64,000 bases of DNA from Eledone cirrhosa (Eukaryota), in NCBI GenBank assembly GCA_964016885.1, contig OZ024755.1, forward strand, positions 7,378,001 to 7,442,000, written 5' to 3'. This document shows, in pieces, positions 56,134 through 64,000 of this stretch (positions are counted from its first letter, which is position 1; each line of letters starts with the position of its first letter). A program made the translations under genes and the position numbers. The notes under the pieces were generated by a model. The model searched no databases. It saw only the letters and a program-made list of their open reading frames with translations, and had not been told where the DNA came from.

Positions 56134-56845
56134 CTGCTGCTGGTGTTGCTGCTGTTGTTGATGTTAGTACTGCTGCTGCTGTTGTTGGTGTAGTTGCTGC
56201 TGCTGTTGCTGGTGTAGTTGCTGCTGCTGTTGTTGATGTTAGTACTGCTGCTGCTGTTGTTGGTGTAGTTGCTGCTGCTGTTACTAGTTCTACTGCTGCT
56301 GCTCTTGTTGATGTTAGTACTGCTGCTGCTGTTGTTGGTGTAGTTGCTGCTGCTGTTACTAGTTCTGCTGCTGCTGATCTTGTTGATGTTAGTACTGCTG
56401 CTGCTGTTGTTGGTGTAGTTGCTGCTGCTGTTACTAGTTCTGCTGCTGCTGATATTGTTGCTGCTGCTGTTGCTAATACTGCTGCTGTTGCTGGTACTGA
56501 TGCTATTACTTGTCCTGCTGCTGCTGCGGCTGCTATTGCTAGTACTGTTGCTGGTGTTGTTGCTAGTTCTGCTGCTGCTGGTTTTGGTGTAGTTGCTGCT
56601 GTATATGTTGGTGCAGTTGCTGCTGCTGATGATAGGGATGTTGCTGCTGTCATTGCTGAATCTGCTGTAGGGGTTGTTATTGCTGCTGCTAGCATTGCCA
56701 CTGCTGATACTACTGCTAAGGCTGCTGCTGCAAACATTTCTACTGCTGCTGTTGTTACTTCTGATTCTCCTAGTGCTGCTGTTACTGCTGCTATTGTTGC
56801 TTCTGCTATTGCTGCTGTTACTGCTGCTAATATTGCTGCTGCTAC
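56134..56845. repeat. Imperfect GCT/GTT triplet array with a 75-bp higher-order unit
   Basis: gatgttagtac recurs at 56160, 56235, 56310, 56385. Confidence 0.9.
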
Positions 56846-57077
56846 AGAGAGGGATAAAATAAATACAAAACTTACCCCCCCCCCTCCCCACAAAACATAA
56901 ATATAATAGACTTAAATTCCCTTAAGACATTGCCCCAGTATGGCCGCAATCTAATGGCTGAACTACATAAAAGAACAAAATAGTAAATGAATGCATAAAT
57001 GCAGCATTAAATTCACCAGGAATAGTGTCGGACATCCGTGTTCTAATCCTCGTTGATATCCTCTCTCATATATATAT

Positions 57078-57176
57078 CTAGGGCGAGATCCATGGACGAG
57101 TTCTCTCCAGCGGTCTCTCTCCCTCATTATAGCTGCCATGTCTTGCGTCTCCAAGAGACCAGTGTCTGTCCTTAGG
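57078..57176 (-). mobile_element. RTE-like LINE 3' fragment
   Basis: LRTDTGLLETQDMAAIMRERDRWRELVHGSRPR, typical of an RTE ORF end. Confidence 0.6.
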
Positions 57177-57251
57177 GCTCATATTGGCATTGAGAGCTCA
57201 AACTGGTGAACCAATAATAACTAAAGGTTACACACAAATAACCCCACTTAC

Positions 57252-57390
<139 letters not shown>

Positions 57391-57419
57391 ATATATGTGT
57401 GTGTGTGTGTGTGTATATA

Positions 57420-57450
<31 letters not shown>

Positions 57451-57537
57451 GTGTGTGTGTGTATATATATATATATGTGTGTGTGTGTATATATATATAT
57501 GTGTGTGTGTGTGTGTATATATATAAATGTATATATA

Positions 57538-57614
57538 CAAGGCGTCCCAAAAAGTGTATGTTCATATTTATTAGAATGCTGTTGAAGTATGTATACATTT
57601 TTGGAGATACCCTA
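57538..57614. mobile_element. Tiny mariner-like MITE
   Basis: Imperfect TIRs CAAGGCGTCCCAAAAAGTGTAT / ATACATTTTTGGAGATACCCTA with TA flanks. Confidence 0.55.
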
Positions 57615-58106
57615 TATATGTATGTTTTTGTTTACGACCTGTAACTTAGCAGTTTGACACAGTCAGCATGAGCAAACAACTATGCTTTCTTAATAGTTTC
57701 TTGTTATTGTTGTTTACTTCGGTGTTGATTTACCGGAATGAAATTAGTTTTTGTTACTTATGATTAAATCCGCCCCTCTTCAGAATATCGAAGCCAAGTT
57801 TTTATCATATTTAAATCATTATTGAAAGTTAATGACAAACTCATCAATTCTTCCACAACGCAGCTGCTATCAACGGGAACTGAATTTGCTCATATACCGA
57901 ATAAGAAAAAAATATTATGGATGAAGTAGATTTTCTTCACCATATCGATAGAGCAACTGTTGATAAAACATAGCTATTGTTGTTATGAAACCAATCTGGC
58001 AGACTCAGATAGAATGTTTTACGGTATTCGTTCGATTACTTTGCGTTCTGAGTTCGAAATCTATTCGAATCAACTGTGCTTTTATCTTTCCGGGTCGATA
58101 AATAAT

Positions 58107-58323
58107 GGTTTCTTATATAGGCACAAGGCCAGCAATTGTGGGGAGGGGAAAGTCGATTAAATCGACCCCAGTGCGTGACTGGTACTTTATTTTATCGACC
58201 CCGTAAGGAGGAAAGGCAAAGTTAACTTCGGCGGGATTTGAACTCAGATCATAAAGAGTCATAACTCTATGCTGCAAAGCATGGCACCCGACGCTCTACC
58301 TATACTGCCAATCGATCGCCCTT
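58107..58323 (-). mobile_element. SINE family 1 copy nested in an older + copy
   Basis: 15-bp TSD gggtcgataaataat at 58092-58106 and 58324-58338. Confidence 0.8.
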
Positions 58324-59111
58324 GGGTCGATAAATAATAACAGTTCGGTACTGGGGTAGATTCTTCATCTCTTTTTCTCTAACTCATTTTCTGTAAGAAT
58401 TCGGTTGTGTTCAGACTTGGAGGGGGACGGGCTCTGTTAGGTTTAAAAAGCCCAACTATGTTAGGACGTCACTTATTTGACTCCATCTGGAGTAACAAGT
58501 CCATACATACATAATATATGACTCATCCTCTCTTAACGTATTTCTCAAGCGGAATCAGCACGATAACATATGTGACAAGGCTGGAGAAAATATGGACAGG
58601 ACTTGCTTAAACAATGTCAAATACACCCGAATAAAGGTACAATCCATCTGACAGGCTTCAAAACAGTTTTCATCTACTCACAAAGCTTGCGACGATCTGA
58701 AGTTAGGGTAAAGAGGTCAGCCGTGGGATCGAATTTAGGATTTCATGAAAGCGATGTGAACATCTTTACCACTTATTTAAACGTTGATAACATTCATTAA
58801 CATAGTTATTCTATACATACACATACATAAATACATACATAAAGACAAAATTTTCATTATTGTTATTTCATATTTCTGGTGAACAAAATGATGAATGAAT
58901 TACCCCAAAATATTTAACCACTATTTCATAATTTCAGGTGCAAACTGTTTCATTTGTCGAACTATATTACCATAGTTTTCACTGTTTTATTTTTAAGTTG
59001 CCTTGTACTGGCTTTTTAAAAACATTCCTAACGATATATTTCACAGTGATTCATATAAACTATACTGTTTATTTATTCCTTTATCTATCTTGTTCTTTGT
59101 TTATTTTGTAG

Positions 59112-59164
59112 ACTTTTAATATATCCAACCCAGAGTGTGTCCGGTTGCGACCAAGTACAAACAA
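59112..59164 (+). CDS. Adhesion GPCR exon I (start of GPS motif), phase 0-2
   Basis: ttattttgtag| acceptor; AA|gtaaga donor. Encodes TFNISNPECVRLRPSTN; NP.CV opens the GPS motif. Confidence 0.82.
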
Positions 59165-60113
59165 GTAAGACCTTATATGTATTCTACTTTATATAATTCA
59201 TGTTTTGTCAGGGTTTATTTGATTCTTATGCGGATCTTTTGAATGAAAGTTCAAACATGAATAAAAGAAGATCGAATTATTTGTATTGTTTTCTTCTTAC
59301 TGTGATTATATATCGATATTACTAAGTGACTATTACTAAGTTACGTGCCTAGGAATTGGTAATATCGGTGTAGGTGAAGCTGCTAATGTGGTGTTTATCA
59401 GATACACTACTGTAGCACTAACATCTACTTTATATCAATAATGTAATATTTACTTTATAGCAATAATGCTCCTGACAGTTAGTCATATACGCCACAGATT
59501 CATATTCTCTTTATGTAGAAAACCCCTTAAAATTTACCTTCTGTTTCTTCCTACTTCTCATTTCTGTCTTATTTTTCTTTCTATCTTTAAAGAGATGTAA
59601 ATGACATTCAGTTAAGAACTGGACTAGATGTATTCGGTTTACAAAATGATGATTTCTATTATAGGCACAAGGCCTGCAATTTCAGGGGAGGGGAAAGTCG
59701 ATTAAATCGACACCAGTGCATAACTGGTGCTTTATCTTCCATTTTTTATTGAATAGCTGTTCATAATATAATCAGATTCAGTCCATCGATTATTGATTTG
59801 GTGTCTATGAAACCCCAAAATTAAGGAAACAAATTTCAGTTCTTGGTTGAGGGTCATTTCATTTCATTTGCGCTGCATATGAACCCAGGAAATATCCGAA
59901 TATTAAATTTGCCACTGTCCCCAAAGCCATCCCTGAAATATAGGACCATTCTAACCCATGTCAAACACAACAAAATTCATCATAAATATTTTTATTAATG
60001 ATCTCTCTTTTTATATGAAATTACTTTTGCCTGGATCAGAAAATGTCTTTTAATTTGCATTTGGTTATTTATGTTCATTCACATTCATCAACTTCTTTAA
60101 TTATAATATCCTG

Positions 60114-60154
<41 letters not shown>

Positions 60155-60876
60155 AATATATACACTAAATTGGGATTATACATACGTATATCCTAATGTT
60201 TGTTGAGTGAGATGGAGTTGGTCAGAGTATCGCTTAAATCTCTGTTAATGTATTATATATATATATATATATAAATACATAATCGGGGAAAGCTAAAAGC
60301 GAAACTCCAGCCAAATTTCAACTCACTCAACAAATATTAGGAAATACCTGAGTATATTCCCAATTAAACGTTTGGGTGCTAACTATATTGTATTGTGTGG
60401 ATAATTGACTGTATTATTTCATATATGTATAGATATATGTATTTATATTCATAACAGCAGTTTCCTTCCCATTTACCTTCCCTACCCTAAATGATTGCAT
60501 TTTTCTAGGGTATAGTGGGGGTCATTTTGCTCCCTTCATATTATATATTTACCCATTCTATTTTTCTCCCCAAATTCCTCTGTTTATTTCTTTCACTAAT
60601 ACTCACTGACTACACCCCTTTCTATACATCTTTTACACACTTTCTTTTGTTTTCTCTTCATTATTTGACAAACTTTCACCAGTTAAAAATCAAATCCTTA
60701 TTTATTTATTTATTCATTTATTTAATTATTTATTTATTTGATTTTCACCTACATAATATGTCATTGCCGGATTTAGATACAATGAGGTCCTAAATTATAT
60801 ATGGTAGGGGAGCTCCATTGTTAATAAATCATATCAAAAGATCTAACAAATAATATATATATATATATATATATAT

Positions 60877-60942
60877 GAAACGAGTCAGGACCCCGACGGC
60901 TGAGCTCCGGCCGTTTTGACAGCTAGATCCGAACTGCTGGCT
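60877..60942 (-). mobile_element. Solo ~60-bp pLTR fragment (3' half of the hammerhead)
   Basis: Reverse complement of the right module of 51533-51592; between TA runs. Confidence 0.75.
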
Positions 60943-62307
60943 TATATATATATTTATATATCTTTTAAAATGTTGAGGCTCCTCATGAATTTGGAAATTC
61001 TGATCTGAAGTCTGTTTAGCTTATGTCTAAATGCGGCATTCTATCCGTACACCTACTTTGCATGTATTTTGATTTGTGACACCTTTAAAAATGTTGCTTC
61101 TGAAACACATAGGTGTGTTTAGTTTAGTTTCACAAATATTAAACCAAAGTAGAATAAATATTAATAGTAAATGGCAATTATATATGCCAATCCACGGCTC
61201 AATGATAATTGTTTCTACTTTTGGCACAAGGCCAGCTATTACGCCAGTGTATTACTGCTACTTTATTTTATCGACCCCGTAAGGATGAAAGACAAAGTCA
61301 ACCTCGGCGGGATTTGAACTCAGATCGTAAAGGGACGTAACAATGCTGGAAAGCATGGCGTCCGACCCTCTACTGATACTTCCAATCTACGGGTCAATAA
61401 TTATTTAAATTTAGACACAAGGCCAGCAATGTGATAGAAAAGGCAGTTATATCGAATCCAGTAGTCAACTTGTATTTTATTATACCAAACCCGAGAGGTT
61501 TTGGCTATAACTTAATAAAATAATGATGGAAGGCTTTCAGATAATAATAAAATCTTTAAAATAATGATAACAATAACATTGTCTAGTTGAGCCAAAAGTG
61601 GGTTTAGTCTGTTTGGTGTCAAATCAGATAAGTTATAAATGCTAATGCATATCTCCGGAATGTTTGGACATATTTAGCAAAACGAAACGAAGTTAGTGCA
61701 CATACTTTGAATAGTTTGTATAAAACAGCTAATATAAGTTGACAACATCAATTGTTGTATACGTGAACTCTTATAACACATTAACATTCTGCAGAGACTA
61801 TATAACATCTCTGTAAAACATAATGGAAGTCGAAATGTCAGAGATCTGAATTGAATAATCTTTTGTAAAGATTAGAAGTAACTACACGCAACATTGCCAA
61901 CAGTATTATAGTTGGTACAACATTGGTAATGATATTGTGTTTGCTGTCATTCTCTGATACATAGGCAGCTATATAACGGTTACCCTAGCATATATATATA
62001 TATTCAGTTATATAGTGGTCAATATGGTACTGAGACACAGACACACATACATACATACATACATACATACATACATGTGTGTGTATGTGTGTATGTATGT
62101 ATGTATGTATGTATGTATGTATGTATGTATGTATGTATGTATGTATGTATGTTTATCTCGGGTTCAATCGAGCTTAACCACAGTAAGTAAAGTATTTAAT
62201 ACATAGCAGAGTATAAATATTTAATATGGAAATGTCTTCTACAGGACTAGATCTATTTCATTCGGGAGAAATCATGATTTCTCCCGAATGAAACAGAAGC
62301 CATTTCC

Positions 62308-62356
<49 letters not shown>

Positions 62357-62359
<3 letters not shown>

Positions 62360-64000
62360 ATAACAAGTTATCGTTATAAGTAATCGAGTTAGAGGTTGTG
62401 AGTGCTCTGCGTCGTGGATAGTTTTAACGTACGGCTTTTTTTTACTCAACAAGATGCTTCCATAGTTATGCAGCGAGTTCGCGGTAATTTCTATGCAGGT
62501 TATACTTGGAGTAATAATAGTTAAAGAATGACGATTAACATAGTTGGCTGTGAAATAAGGGCTTTATTTAAAGTATTGACAATTGTTTCGTTGATCATGT
62601 GGGTCTAGAGCTCGCTAATCGCTTGAGGTTGCGTTATTCGATCTCCAATACATTATTCACCTCTTGTCAACACACCAGAGTACGTAGATATGAAAGTAAT
62701 TCACTCGAGGCAAGACTTATATAGAAAAATAGCATATAATTAAAACAATAACATCAATAATAAAATAGCGTATAATCTAAACAATAACATCAATAATAAT
62801 ACACATATGGTAAATAGGTAGAGAAGTTACAGATGTAAAATATAAGATAGGGTACATTAAAAAGTAAGAAAATGAGAGAATGGAAAATATAAAGAGGTAA
62901 ATAAATAAATAAGTGAGAGCGTGTAAGTACATAGTAGTAGTTTTTGAGTAAGTGTTCTTATAAGGATTCGTTGGTAGGAAACTAGATTCGAGATGTACAT
63001 AGAAACGTGTAGAGGGTCCGATAAAAGAGACAATAAATTAGAGATTAATTGCTGGATGCAAATGGTTCTTCATGGCGTGTCTGTGGACGTACCACCTTTT
63101 CTTGAACTTGCCAGTCGTAGAACCTATGTAGTGCCAGGTAGAATTGCCTGAATTCACAGTACATAGGTATACCATACTTAAATCCAGGCATCTATTCCGT
63201 AGTGGGCACTTCTCCGGTAGGTGGCAATTACAATTTGAGGTTTTATTTTGTGCAGGTTCATCGTTGCGGTTTTGTAAATTTTTGGGGGTGGGTTGTGATT
63301 TAGGCCTATTAATGTTTTGTTGTGATGTCTTCTGATGCGTTTGTGGTTGTGATGCTGTTTGTGTTTTGTATTTGGTGCTATGGTGCGTGTTGGTAGGTTA
63401 ATTTCTTTAGAGATATTTTTCTGATTGATCTTACGTATGTGCGATTCTATGTTGGCTGCAGTAGAGTAGGAAAGTTTTATAGTTTTTCTATTAAAGATTT
63501 TATGGTATTTGTGTAGTGTAGGGAAGTGCTTACCTATTAGTTTAAAGAATGTAGAAGGTAGTTTAGTTTTTATAGAGCAGTTGAATATTGGATTGAACCA
63601 TAGGTACTTTCTATCTCTGGATATTCTATAGTATTTGGGGCTCCTTATATTAGTGTTCTGTTCGGTTATTTTTGGTGCTCATTGTCTAACTCTATGCTTA
63701 GTCCTATGCTTTTTATTTCTATATGAGCGGGTAGTGTTGCTGTCGTTAGGTTTGTTATTGTTGTCTCTATCTAGTATGTATTCCAGCTTCTCTTTATGTC
63801 CAGCCTTATGTAAAGCTATGTTATAATAGTTTGCGTGTTCGTTAAACATTTCTAGGTTCGAAGATAGGCGGGATATTCTGAGGGATATAATATGTGCTAT
63901 GGAGTTAATTATGAATCGGGGGTGGTTTGAGTTATAACTAATGTAGGCTAGATTTTCGTTATTCTTATGGAAGGGTTCTATTAATCCCGTGTTTAGGTTG
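62357..64000 (-). mobile_element. Second, decayed Penelope-like (Naiad-type) element running off the window end
   Basis: Minus frame reads NLNTG..PFHK.N..L.YI..NSNHP..RISRLSS..F....YY..AL..AG, then WFNP..HFP..HKIFN..KLSYS. After a frameshift: CNCHLPEKCPL..MVY..YIGST..FKKRW..H. In-frame TGA at 63679-63681; the endonuclease C-terminus is missing; the 3' end abuts (TA)n. Confidence 0.85.
62573..62683 (-). ncRNA. Decayed hammerhead ribozyme in the second PLE pLTR
   Basis: Minus strand: GUACU-CUGGUGU-GUUGA...UCAAC-GAAA-CAAUUG-UC^AAUAC. Two core substitutions versus CUGAUGA and one stem I mismatch. Confidence 0.5.

Noticed and set aside
59112-59164. Direct splice from exon G (phase 2) reading RLLIYPTQSVSGCDQVQT
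   Set aside because: Exon H at 53792-53906 supplies the expected GAIN strands and puts this exon in the NPECV frame.
59593-59750. Candidate next GPS exon after a strong polypyrimidine tract
   Set aside because: The phase-2 frame lacks W...GC and HLT and runs into a SINE.
63679-63681. In-frame TGA as a selenocysteine codon (some Naiad PLEs are selenoproteins)
   Set aside because: It lies in a variable basic linker rather than at a conserved Cys, is plausibly CGA>TGA decay, the copy is also frameshifted, and I saw no SECIS.

Overview
AT-rich animal genomic DNA dense in microsatellites. The SINE repertoire and (TA)n/(CA)n load suggest an octopus-type cephalopod; this is an inference, not verified. 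Most ORF-track entries are microsatellite artefacts. By hand I could splice nine GT-AG exons on the + strand (11722-59164, 1087 nt, consistent phases, no stops). They encode the HormR domain plus the GAIN domain up to the start of the GPS motif of a latrophilin-like adhesion GPCR. I found neither the 5' exons nor the 7TM exons in the window. The introns are filled with retroelements: two Penelope-like elements (PLEs, Naiad-type GIY-YIG), 3' fragments of RTE, CR1-like and R4/Dong-like LINEs, a Tigger remnant, two MITEs, about three SINE families and several minisatellites. The most striking feature is the young PLE at 20791-23755. It has a near-perfect ~1 kb tail-to-tail inverted repeat, and each arm carries a complete type I hammerhead ribozyme with a U3-A8 core variant. 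Many 60-400 bp (TA)n-embedded miniature hairpin elements share this architecture, several with hammerhead cores, and one breaks at the predicted cleavage site. All structures and family assignments are by eye; no searches were run.
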